In this document: piece by piece, positions 28,101 through 39,253 of the stretch | How positions within the stretch are numbered: the first letter of the stretch is position 1 | Layout of the letters: each line of letters starts with the position of its first letter | Source of the DNA: Raillietiella orientalis | Taxonomy: Eukaryota | Reading direction: 5' to 3' | Length of the DNA: 64,000 nt | Assembly: GCA_036172245.1 (NCBI GenBank) | Contig: JAYWIR010000028.1 | Location: 2,604,001-2,668,000, forward strand | Program-made: the position numbers and the translations under genes | Notes under the pieces: generated by a model | Databases searched by the model: none | What the model was told of the DNA's origin: nothing | Seen by the model: the letters and a program-made list of their open reading frames with translations, nothing else

Positions 28101-31100
28101 TCTTTGCTGAGTCCCAAAATGGCGAAAGAAGAATTTAATTTAGCCCATCCAGCAGCACTATGTTGATCTTGTTCAGACTGAAGAAAAATTACACTCAGTA
28201 GCTCGCAAACCGGTTTTGACCTTGAGATTCAAAGCATCCACCAAGCTCTGTTCCAAAGCACTATCTAAAAACAATTGTTGCTTCTGTTCCTGAGAAAGTC
28301 CCAATAACAGTAATCCAAATACTGGAAACAAAGTCCTGTCTTTTGGTCGATCAATTAGATGCCTTTTTTCTGGCATTAGTAACTTTAAAATAAATAATTA
28401 AACACCAATACAGTCAAGTTTAGAGTACCTGGAATTGACCTGAACACAAGTGGCCGCTAGAATCAAAACCTAACATGAAAATTTGGGAACAACGACTAGC
28501 ATTTCTGTTTGATGAAGTTTTACAGTGACAAAAAACATCCATTATTAGGAATATTGCATTTAAGGTTTCCACTGAAAACTAGTATTTACAAACGAAAATG
28601 CAATCAGAGCATACCAGAGAGACAATGATTGGTTGTTCTGGAAGTCACAACAAAATAGAACAAAACTTGACGAAAATTATACGTCTTTCCACTGCCACTG
28701 GGTCCGATGAATAATATTGACTGATCTTGTCGAGTATTAATTAATTTCTGATATGCTTTCATTGCAACAGAATAAATATGTGGAGGTAAATCACTGACAT
28801 CAAAATTTTTGAGCATGCATGCAATCTGTAACGAAATTAGTAAAGGTCTGTGAAATATTGTTAGTAGGACCTTTTCAGAATATAAAACTAAGGGGGAACC
28901 AGGATTCACGGCCAATAAATAGCGGGAACCAACAAAAGTATAGATGAGATTGCTAGCATATCGATGGCACAATACATTTAATATGCTGCTTTCATTCACG
29001 TATTTTAACTGTTCTAGATTCTGAATATAATTCAGCTGAACTGGATTACACTAAAAGAAAATTGTAAAATGAAAAAAATACAAATATAACGAATGATCTC
29101 TCACTTTTTCCAGAGTAGCTTCGTCAACATAAATACATTTTTCATGGTCTTTTAATTTTATAAGTGCTGCTCCCACATTATGATCTATTTCTATGAGCTG
29201 ACAACCACAGAAACCCTGGCTGTGCATCAACCACATTGTGCTCTCATCTATTAAGGATTTCTGAATCTGCAGCTCAAAATCTGAACATGCCTACGACACA
29301 TGTGCCTTTAACTCATTGCTTATCATATATAGTATGCATGTATATAAGCAACAGAACACAACATGAATTTTATTAAAATACTGAAAGGGTTATCATATGC
29401 AAATAAAACATAAATATAAATGCTTGACACAAAATACAGAGAAAACACATTTAAATAAAAATGTGTAACAAGTTAACCAGGTTAACTGTGTAAATCTTAC
29501 CCTGCTTTGAAATACACAAATGACAATCATCATTAACAATGAAATGTTGAGAGTTTCCAGATGATGATTTCATTGACTTGAGTGTGATTAATAAATAATT
29601 AAATAACTACACGAAAGCACACATCGTTTTAAATAAAATACATTACACATATCTTTTTGCTTAATCCATTGTGCCACATCACATATACATCCCAATATTA
29701 TAAAAACCAATCACATGGAAACATTGTTTTCTTTATTTTACCCAGAATTTTTCCCAGTATTTCGCTCACACACTGAACTACAATATTTTTTTTTCTGTAA
29801 GCCATCATTACATCCATACAATTCAATTATTTTTTGAGAACAAAATTTGTTAAAACACATAAATATAATGCACTCCATAGTCACTTGGAGGATTTTATAT
29901 ATCACAAAATTTCTTGTAATCAGTGGAATATGTATGATCATTGTAATTAAGGGCAACAGTAACCCAAAAGATGAACTTTTGCAAAGATCAAAAGATGAAA
30001 ACAATTATTGAAATGAAATTATAGTAATAATAACCAAAGAATGCATATCAATCAAATTTCTGAATACACTTATGCTGACTGATTTTTTGATAAAAACATC
30101 AATCTTATATTATTATTGTGAAAACACATGTGCAGCTTTATATGTTTCTAATTAATTTCAAATAAATTTCGGGATCATAGATTAACATGAAATCTTTGCT
30201 GAATGATACTAAGGATATGTTTAAGTCTAAAAAATATTTAATAAAAAATAGGGATTGACCAACTTCAAGATCTGTCTACATGTTCAGTAATACACAAATA
30301 AAGTTAATAACTCCTCTGACAATTTTGGGAAAAGAACCATACAGGAGAATTCGAATGAATAAACATCAATAGATAAAGCTCCCTCATGTTTGCCACAGAG
30401 AATACAAAAAATTACCGTGAATTTACAAAAACTCACTCTGAAAGAATTGTTTATACGTGAGAATGACAAAGCTATACCAAAACACATCAACAATGTGTAT
30501 TCAAAAAGTAGAACATCAGTATAATTCACTTTGGTCACAAATGTAATTTATTCAACATATTCAAAATAATGGCACAAACAATCATTCTGAATGCAGGAGA
30601 TAAAACCTGTAAGTATTCACACAAATATGGATGTGAAGATATAAAAACAAAATCATAAATGATTGTACTACTACTCATGAATGATTCCAGTACTACTGAA
30701 TACATTATCAGTACAATCAATTAATGAAATTTCGGAACAAATTAATCAACAACGTGTGTGCAAAATAAACTGATCTTCCAAACAGCACATCTAAACTTTG
30801 GAATGAAACAAATGATTGTTGAAATAAGTACACAAACATGCTTATTTCAATATACTGTAAGCTGCAGATTTGCTTTTTTTCCAACTAACGAAATTATGTA
30901 ATTTACAAGGCGAGTACTAAAACAATCTAATAAATTAGTAATCATATATTCTAACTATTAGGTAAATGTTTAATGGATAAGCAATTATGTAAAAAGTTTT
31001 TATTTAAAGAAATATGGAATACTGCATGGTAATGCAATCTATTTCTATTGATGACAGAATGTAAAAGTAAGAATTATTTGAAAATATACATGTAACTAGC

Positions 31101-33926
31101 ATGAATGAATTTAAACCAAACTGTCCATGTCAAGATGTACAAATGCAAGAAAACATTTATACCTGAGCTCATAATCACACTGGAAAAACTGAGCATGTTA
31201 TTTTGATTATCTTTAGAGATTAAACATAGCATTTGCTAAGAAATGTAACCAACGTTTATTTTGCTAGATTCCAAATACAATTTTGCATTAAGCAACTTCA
31301 TAAAGAATGCACTTAGTACTGGAAGCATTTTTTGATTTCTAAGCCAAAAATTCAAATAAAATGATGTGATGGATAGAAAGAAAGAAAGAATAGAAAACAG
31401 ACTTGTAACACATGAGCCAAAACAAATAAATAGCAGTTCATTAAAAACACTTTTCAACATGATGCAATGCTCACTTTTCCACTACTGAAGCAAGTTCATA
31501 TTTATTAACATAAAAACACTTTAAAACACAAAATTCAAAAATGAGTCGTTAGTATTTATTTATTTTCGATCAGTAGCACAACGCGTCAAAAAAAATTCAT
31601 GCCAAATAGGTTACTTTAAAATGCTTATGAACTGAAATATCTTTTGATAGTTGACAGCATACCTGCAACATAATTTAAATTGAAATCTGTGAACCTTTGA
31701 GGAAACACAATAGTAAACATCCAGAAAAAGCTCTAACAATACAATAAAAGCAAATAATCCTTAGATAATTCTATAGAAATCAGCTGTGATGCAAGACTAC
31801 TTTATTGGAAAGATAATGCTGAACTCTATTTAGACTTTAATTTAAAGTTGTTTGTTAGCAAGCTGCTCAAAAAAGCCCAACATTAACAAAATAATAAGAG
31901 TTTAATTCTCCTTAAAGTTTGCCTGTCATGCTCTTACCAAGAAATCTTCACTTTTGCTGTTTTCTGCAGAAACTGTGTACTCTTGAGTTCGAGAACTCAG
32001 TTCTATCAGCTCACTAATGGGATGAACCTTGAAACGTAAATACAGAAGTTTAAATACAAAGCAGTAGCACAACAGTCATTATTAATCATAATGAAAATGC
32101 ACTGCAATACATGCTCACAGAACTACTGAAAATGCAAGCTGATTGCTATTAGTAATTGTTGTTAATTCTGCATGTAGACCATAAAATTTGCACAGGAAAT
32201 ACAAAAGGCTACTTCTTTTATGTGCTTCCTAGATCTCATCCTACAGAATTATTTAAAGAAAAACAGCATATGCCTTGACATATGAGAAAAATGAATGGCA
32301 ATATGAACACTTTTGCTAATCTGCTTGTAAACTTATTATAAAATTATAATGAAATTGCGATATTTGGGGAAATAGGTATACAATATTAGTATTTCTGTAT
32401 AATGATTCACATATATACATATGCATGCATTCCAAAATGGACCAGAAATACAAAGATCAGAAATTTTCTGTACCTTGACCCTGTTTTTGGATCAAAATTA
32501 CGTTTATAGAATATGCTATGAACAACTGATGTGATCTTATACCAAATGCACTCTTTACTATCCTCCTTTGGTGTACATAACATAGACATTTAAACCAAGT
32601 CAAAATTTGTAAACACACTGATTCATCTACATAGAATGAGCGAAACTTTTGCAAATAAAATGTAAACAGATTAGAAGACTGATTAGAAGCCTTAAACAAG
32701 GAAACATCCAAATCAAAACTCCAAGTATCAGATGCCTTATTTTTTGCACATTTTATTAAAAAAATCACTTCTGATTGCTAAAATTATTGAAGCTTATGAT
32801 TTTTTTACTAAAAAGCATTAGCTACTATTGGGAAATTACTGATTTATTATGAAAAAACAAACTATCTCTGAATCACATAGAATAAATTATATAGAATTGC
32901 TGCATTCCGAAATAGCTAAGAAACTCTCAACTTGAGACACACAATATGAAAGTTATGATGGAAATTATGATGAATAAAACTGAAATTTACTTTCAAAGTA
33001 ACTGCTTTTTCTGAGGATTTAACAAGGGAAACAATTTCATCATGACATTTTGTTTCAACATTCATTCCATTAATTTCCAGAAGTCTGTCTCCTGGTAATA
33101 AACCAATATCTTTTCCTTCCTTAATGGTGCCTGGTTCAGCAAATACTACTATTCTCTTGCTCTCCACAAGGTTTCCATCATTATTAATTCGTTTTTCCAC
33201 AATAGCAGCCCGTCTTAAGGAAAATCCAAAATCCCCTGTGGGCTGGCGATAGATAGTAACCAATCGATCCATGGAATTTTTAATGGGGACTATTTTTGGT
33301 AGTGAGGCAAAAATGTTCGCATACTGAGGTATATCACAATTCAATAAAGACTTATTGAAATTAATGTCTGATTTACATCCATTTGCATCTGAAAGGGATC
33401 TGTAATTTTTTTGATAGTCATATTTTTGAAATGACTCAATTTCCAATGGGTAATTATCACCAATGCAAGATATTGACTTTAATTGATGCTGATTTTCTGC
33501 TTCATACTGTGACAACTGCTTATTCACAAAGAGCTCATCAGTTTGATCATCTTTGACATAATCACTTTTCTCATGATCTGATGTTGGAGTAATGCTTGCA
33601 ATACTGGACTTTGATTTTAAAATTCCTCTTTTAGGAGGAATGGGAAAATTGAACTTTTCATCAGAATTAAAGATATTTGCGTTTATAATATCTAAATTGC
33701 TTGTGAACTCTGTATCCAGGTTGGGGTAACTTTTATTATCGATTGAAGTTATGTCTACAGGGTTGGTGTAATCAGGATTTACAAAATAATCATGATAGTC
33801 TGCAACAATACCACTTGGAAGTTTCAATTTTTTACGATCTTTCGATTTTTTTAAAGAGTCTCTAAGATCTTTTTTCGTTTTTTTATCATCTTTGTCGTTC
33901 TTGTCCCTTTTTTTGAAAACGAACAT
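252..33926 (-). CDS. MYO18A: Unconventional myosin-XVIII (MYO18A/Mhcl-like), multi-exon, 3'-partial (continues beyond position 1)
   Basis: Hand-spliced exons with GT-AG junctions and consistent phase: 33926-32991, 32027-31938, 29290-29105, 29050-28871, 28825-28615, 28571-28429, 28382-28221, 28177-27928, ~27881-27771, 27733-27342, 27300-26933, 26885-26682, 25828-25700, 25657-25514, 25451-25362, 14226-14119, 14068-13856, 13802-13648, 2528-2405, 401-252. Domain order is K/D-rich N-terminus, PDZ, myosin motor (GPSGSGKT, NRNASR, DTPGFQ), IQ, coiled coil. This is the class XVIII architecture. Confidence 0.93.
433..516. repeat. Compound microsatellite (CA)n/(CACG)n
   Basis: Seen directly. Lies in the intron just upstream of the acceptor of exon 401-252. 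Confidence 0.95.
633..665. repeat. Three tandem copies of an 11-bp unit (WYCCGTAAGGG)
   Basis: ttccgtaaggg acccgtaaggg ttccgtaaggg. Confidence 0.85.
1035..1115. repeat. Compound microsatellite (GT)n(GA)n
   Basis: Seen directly. Confidence 0.95.
2405..2528 (-). CDS. MYO18A: Myosin-XVIII coiled-coil tail exon
   Basis: Poly-T tract plus AG acceptor, phase-compatible with the donor at 13648. Reads VDTDLQALRQALKNEKQTLEQSYREKDALLSEKYCLEQSLQ, then donor GTGAG. Confidence 0.85.
5159..5413 (+). repeat. ~250-bp dispersed direct repeat, copy 1
   Basis: Nearly identical to 10236-10483 apart from homopolymer lengths and a few substitutions. Confidence 0.92.
10236..10483 (+). repeat. ~250-bp dispersed direct repeat, copy 2
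   Basis: Nearly identical to 5159-5413. Confidence 0.92.
13648..14226 (-). CDS. MYO18A: Myosin-XVIII coiled-coil tail exons (3 exons)
   Basis: LTELSEEHSAVMLTCKRLEGETSHRIKLE; YKQKCERIYQDLEYTRKQLQ; RKSQKLTADLSDVRLLLEEQISRNNLLEKKQRK, which matches the conserved myosin-18 tail motif RNxxLEKKQR. Confidence 0.88.
19871..20335 (-). CDS. Candidate alternative (first or cassette) exon of the myosin-XVIII gene, encoding a Ser-rich low-complexity peptide
   Basis: 465-nt stop-free frame bounded by acceptor TTGTTAG and strong donor GAG|GTAAGA. Phase 0 at both ends matches flanking exons 25362 and 14226. In-frame ATGs at 20320 and 20296. Confidence 0.55.
21960..23055 (+). mobile_element. Decayed, 5'-truncated non-LTR retrotransposon (L1/Tx1-like ORF2 3' end)
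   Basis: GC-rich island. CCHC knuckle CPACGSTENDLHIYMC at 22552-22599 in the context typical of the zf-RVT region downstream of RT. In-frame stops, at least one frameshift, and an A-rich 3' end. Boundaries are approximate. Confidence 0.65.
25362..25828 (-). CDS. MYO18A: Myosin-XVIII converter, IQ and start of coiled coil (3 exons)
   Basis: IFFRTGVIALLD...IIQFQAFCRGFLRRQHF (IQ motif); AIRCIQRN...WVWWRLLVSIKPLLNV; EEIVDLKSKIEKLEAE. Confidence 0.9.
26682..29290 (-). CDS. MYO18A: Myosin-XVIII motor-domain exon block (10 exons separated by 37-54 nt introns)
   Basis: Motifs: WLMHSQGF, NESSILNVLCHRYASNLIYT, LPPHIYSVA, P-loop GPSGSGKT, switch I NRNASR, switch II DTPGFQ, LCYNYLQERL, LRRTHVHFVQC, RIHKQGFPD. 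Confidence 0.93.
32991..33926 (-). CDS. MYO18A: Myosin-XVIII first coding exon: lysine-rich N-terminus and PDZ domain
   Basis: Reads MFVFKKRDKNDKDDKK...PPKRGILK...RQPTGDFGFSLRR...VVFAEPG...GLLPGDRLLEINGMNVE...AVTLK, then donor GTAAAT. The next exon 32027-31938 continues VHPISELIELS, as in MYO18A VQPIPELSELS. Confidence 0.92.
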
Positions 33927-36900
33927 GTTTAATTTCGAATGAATTAAGGAGAGTCTTCTGATATTATTTCAAGTCTTCATGAAATATGAATAACGAAAAA
34001 TAGTGTAAGCATTAAACACTGCAGTACACTGAAATATAACATTTTAGAAAATAAATTTGAAGTGGCATTATCTTATGAATTCAGTGACCATCTACACAGA
34101 CATGACTCGAAATCGGAATGTTTAAATGGAAAGTCAGAAGCAATTATTTCTATTTAATCCTGATAATTAACTAAAAACACATATAGGCAACAAATAGTTT
34201 GTGTTTGACAGTTTCCATTATGATTTTTGGGTGTAACTACACATATAGGTCAATTGACAATATGCACCATAAACATTTCACCTTACACATCCAATAAAAA
34301 ATACACAGGAAAATGGATCAAATATAACTTAAGGAAACAATGTTCAGAAAGCTAAGTAGCCACAAACAATCATAAAATTCCGTTTTCATTTTACTCATCG
34401 TGACAAATGTGATATTAAGATTCATGCCAGAGCTTCAACTTGCATGTTGAAACTCAACAAATTAAACACCACCGAGTGTACGCAATGCACATTTTTGACA
34501 CACATCCACATAAATTAAATAATTGGGTTCAGTTTGTTATCAATTCATTGAATGGATAGAAGAAACAAATAAGATGTTTAGGTTTCGACTCCAATTCTTT
34601 ATTACTTTTATTCATCGTTAGTTCGAAGAAAAACAGAAAATGACAACCTAGACGTTTGTACGGTTCATCCATTTTCCGACTTTATTTTCCTCTTTAACAA
34701 TTTCGATAAAAGAGAAAAAGAGTGCCACGAGTTACTGGAAAAACAAAAGTAAAAAAAATTGTTAAAGCATATGCAATTTGTTGATTGTTTACATAAATAT
34801 GTTTAAAACTGCTTTGGCTTGATTCATCCCTGTTTCTGTTTTTTTCTATCTAGAAGTTGGAGTTTTCATCAGTTATCAAGTCGTGCTTGCTTCCAAGTAT
34901 CTTGGGACCCGTTTGTTTCTGGAGGGAAATGAATTCCTGTCATTTCTATGAATTTCCTTTGAAGCTGTTAAGCTCCTTTAATTTTCAAAGCAATATCTAC
35001 TATACTGCCCTGAAATCAAGTAGATTTTGGGTTGAAATTAATTTTGTGTTTCTTAATGTAATTTGCATATTCAGTCTCCTTATATGTTCTGGTTGTAGGA
35101 GGATCGTGGGAAAATGCAACTCTTTGATCTGTCCGGTTTCGTTTGCATCTACCGGGCTTCATCCGAATGTATCAAATGCTCCCATGAAACGCGAGCCTTT
35201 TTCCTTTTTTCTGACTTTCGTATATCTGTTAAGAGTTTGTGTATAATTTGATGTATTCATACTTTCTACTGTACTAAAACTTCATGGAATCTTTGATCAC
35301 TTCGGTAACCTATGAGTCTTCATATGCTGTTTACAACGGCGTATGAAGATGTGCGTTTACGAACTTTTCGTGAATTTTACTTTACTAGAAAGTCTACATT
35401 TGCTCATATAATTCAAACATGAAGTTAATGATGGCATCAGATCGATGACAGTGGATAAAAATGAGTGTTTTCATTAGCACTAGTAAAAATCCGGAGGCAT
35501 ATAAATAAAGCGGCATTTTTCCTAATCTCTGTGACATTGGTGAAATTATGCTTGTTTAGTTACGTAAAGTTTGCATTTTTTTTTTTTTTTTTTTGGGGGG
35601 GGGAGTTCATCCCAAGGCATATGTAAGTAATTATTAGGATTTCCTCTAAGCAAAAAGGTATATCTGAATTCTTGAAGCTGCTTTTTTGCAAGGTACATAC
35701 TTTACTCACAACTGTGCCTTAAATGAATGCACATGATTAGGAACCATGAATCTTCCGGAAACATGGGGATGGTTTTTACGGAGCTTTTGATCTCTATACT
35801 TATCTACTTGTAAAAGACAGGCATAGATAGAAATTCCGTTTCAAAGTGAATTCCAAGCTACTCAAGGCATGATTTTTGCAATGCTTCAAGCTTTACTTCT
35901 AGCTCATGTTTATTTACCTGATGTGAATTACTAAGTGATGCGCTCGATCACACAAATTTGAACAGCTGGGGGGGTTGTCCTTATCTTCTTCATTTTTTTA
36001 ATAAAGTGCTTTTCGAAAAATAACCGGAGCATGAATTTTTCACTAATTTTTAATTAACCTGGATCTTCGAAAGGACTATCTCTGGAAACGTACCTGAATT
36101 TCCTACACCATCTTAAAAAGGACCTCTTCGACGATTTGGTTCATACATAGCACAGTTCTACAATGCAATTGCTCCGACTTCACAAGCAAAGAACATGAAG
36201 GAAAGATGGATCTGAAGATAGCAAATAGTGGGTGCATTTTTTAAAAAAATGAGAAACGTTATGATTTGCAGTTAAACAAAAATCTAATATTGAATCTGAG
36301 ATTGCATGTGGCTTTAGGGTTATCGATTTTGAGGAAAAAGGAGGCACAGATACTCGAAGACCTAAAGAACTTCAGTGATGATTTTCTGTGGGTGTAGTGA
36401 TTTTTGAAATTATGAATATCCTTATTCACTGGACAATAATCTGGTTTGAAACTAATGTTACTGGAAGTATCATTCCTGCTTATCAATTGAGGACACAATA
36501 ATAAGAGCATTAGGCGACTCTCCTACGATCTCTCCAGGTAGCATTCTCAATAATATCTGCTTTATCATGTAATGTAAACGTAATGGATAGATGCTCTCTC
36601 TGATTTTCTTTGTCCACTAGGCACTGATGGGCTGATGATTCAGTGCAAAGGTTTTCTTAGTTGAATGACAGTCGTGATTAGGTTTCTTACCTCACACTCT
36701 TCTTCACTGTTTCTCTGAATCAAAGGTTAAAATTGCACATTGCTGACTCTGACAGCCCTGCAGCTGCTCTTCCCGAACTGCTTCTGCTTCCATATGCATG
36801 GAAAGTAAGAGTTTGGCACGGTAAGTTTATATGAAGAGTTCGCTCACTATTCTGCAATTATTATTTTTGTCATTGTCACTACCACGTTTTTGTTATTCAC

Positions 36901-38669
36901 ATTTTCACCGCAGTTTTTGGTACTTGGATATTTCATTCTCTCGCTTACTTGGGTGTCCACTTTACCATTCTAAACCATCCAACCTCTCTGCAAACAGAAT
37001 AACCTAACGATCTTTGAATGTATTCCTGGACGCTGCTCTTCAGTTTGAATAATTTCATCTTTCCAGAGTTCATCATTGAACTATGTTCAATGTGTGCCTA
37101 TTTTCTATAATTTTGAATTCTGAACGGGCTGAAAGAACAATTTTCGTTTCTATGCTCCAATTTTATTTCAAGAAACTTAATGTCTACAGATATGTTTTTC
37201 GAAAATGCCGTTGTTTTCCTTTCTGGTCGTTCTGCTGGCTCATCTCCTTGGCTGGGATGGCCGTTTCATCTGTCTTTCCGCTGCACATAGTTTTGCAGTT
37301 TTTTTCGATGTGCATGTGTTTGTGTTCTTATGAATTATTGATAGTTCATCTGAGATTTCATAACGGTCTCGAAGGATTGGCGAATCTGCTGATGATGAAA
37401 AATGAAGTTCAGTATCAATAAGTAGGATGTGATCGAAAACATCACGGAGAAACGGAGATGAAATGCTTACTTCTTCTCTGTCCATCCCCACACCCCACTC
37501 CGTCCCCATATTTGGATTATAACTTGAGAACGTATGCGTAATTGCCTACATTCACCACATCTACTTTTCTAAACTTTCTCAATGATTTGCCTATTGCTCA
37601 TATTTGGTTGTATCCTCCACGACAATTTGTTTTCAGTTTTTTTTTTTGAAAACCCGAGAACTCTGCCGAACTGTAGCTGCCATGGCAACTTGTAGATTTC
37701 TTTCATCAGAAGATTGCTTTCCAATCTTTTATTGGTTTGTATTTTGAGTAGAACGATAAAGCCTTGAGGCACAAGAATTTTCTACTGATCTACGAAATTA
37801 TGTAATTTTTTCTATTTCCCAATATTTGTTAATTTCATCTTTCTCTTTGTTAATTTTCGATGGTGTTCTGAAAAGTAAGTGTCCATCCAGTTGGAAACTC
37901 TGGAAAAAAAAAAAAAAGCGGAAACACTCTATGTACAGGAATTCATTGCCAGAAAATGTTATCCCCGCACGTTTTTATCATTTTGTATCCTATTTGCAAG
38001 CTCGGTCTTGTTCGAAAACGAGTGCTGGACTTAAAGCAGCGGCTTATGTTTTGAAAAATGAGTGCTTCGACGACTTGAATGTATCATTTGAGCAAAGGAA
38101 AAAAAAAAAGAGAAAGCTAAAATGCAATTGAAAACAAAGGGTCGAAAGAGTTTTTTTGGCGAGTAATTTTGAATAGACGTAGCGATCGTTGTACGATCAT
38201 CTTTGCTCTTTTCAACACTCTTTTCATCAGTCACCCAAGCAAGGAGCGTGAAATGAGCTCGATGCTGGGAATTCCGTCAGTGGGAGCAGGAAGAAGTCTC
38301 ACGTCGGAGGTTTGGCATCAGAAAAGCTGATAGATCAAGTAGGGACTTTTGCAATTTTGTTTAAGAAACTACTCCGCTATCCATGGCCGAATTCCTCTGT
38401 GTTTTGAAAGGGAAATGTTCATACTATTAATTTTTATTAGCAGTGTATGTCGAGCACTTGAGCGCTCGAAAGTTGTGCACGCGAAGAAACGTGCATTAAA
38501 AGTGGGGCATTGAAAAAGTGCACAGAAATTATTCGTTTTGCTCGAACAGCGTGAATGCTCTTTTCAAAGACGATACGCCATGAAACATTCCTTCTTTCCT
38601 TTGGGCTTTTTTATTACTCTAATGTATGTCTAGGAAGTTTGTTTACTTTTTTTCTTTTTGTGTGTGTTT

Positions 38670-39211
38670 TTACTTTTGGATGCGCCCCGAGTGGGCCGTC
38701 ACCTCCAGCAGCGGGTCCTCGTGGTGGGACTCCTGGCTCGTCTGACCTCGGATCTCCAGGACGAGCGCGAAGGCGCCTGGCCAGCAGACGCTGAAGTGCA
38801 TCCTGGAGGAGGTCTCCGGGCCGGTGGACCCCTGGGTGGGGGCGAGCTGTCTCTCGAGGATGCCGCTGGTGACGTTGCCGAAGATACAGTCCCCGCAGGT
38901 AGTGAGGTGTGTCCGGAATAGGGCCAGGCAGACCTCCATGTAGGTGTTGCACTCCTGGTGGCAGCCATCCTCCCAGGGTCGCGCGGGGTTCTCTCAGTCG
39001 TACCAAAGCCTCTCCGTGCCGCCGTTCTCGATAGTCAGCAAGTCGACCTCGAAGCACCCGGAGGTCCCGGCGCCCTGGACCAGGCAGAGCAGCAGCGGAG
39101 CAGCAGCGGGGGCGCGGCGGTTGCGACCGAGCGGCAGCAGGGGTGGGGACCAGGGCAGGGGGAGGGGCGGTTCCTTCGCCCGCCCTTAAGGGCCCGGAGC
39201 CTGGGGGCCAT
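38670..39211 (-). pseudogene. Intronless, disrupted Notch-ligand (Jagged/Serrate/Delta) N-terminal fragment: signal peptide + MNNL (C2) domain
   Basis: Translation LLLCLVQGAGTSGCFEVDLLTIEN...WYD*EN...GCHQECNTYMEVCL...CGDCIFGNVTSGIL...MHFSVCWPGAFALVLEI...LLEVTAHSGRIQK* aligns by eye with Jagged1 GASGQFELEILSMQN...CTRDECDTYFKVCL...GPCSFGSGSTPVI...LPFSFAWPRSYTLLVEA...IIEKASHSGMI. Internal TGA at 38996-38994 and a frameshift near 39097 in the signal peptide. Confidence 0.8.
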
Positions 39212-39221
39212 CGGCGCCACT

Positions 39222-39253
39222 GCGCGGCGCGGGGGAGTACCCCCGCGCCGCGC
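39222..39253. other. Perfect 14-bp all-GC stem-loop at the end of the Notch-ligand-like insertion
   Basis: GCGCGGCGCGGGGG-AGTA-CCCCCGCGCCGCGC. A second 6-bp hairpin, ACTCGC-ACC-GCGAGT, follows at 39256-39270. Confidence 0.95.

Noticed and set aside
34850..37500. Scattered exon-like segments on the + strand upstream of the myosin gene
   Set aside because: Could not be spliced into a stop-free, recognisable protein.
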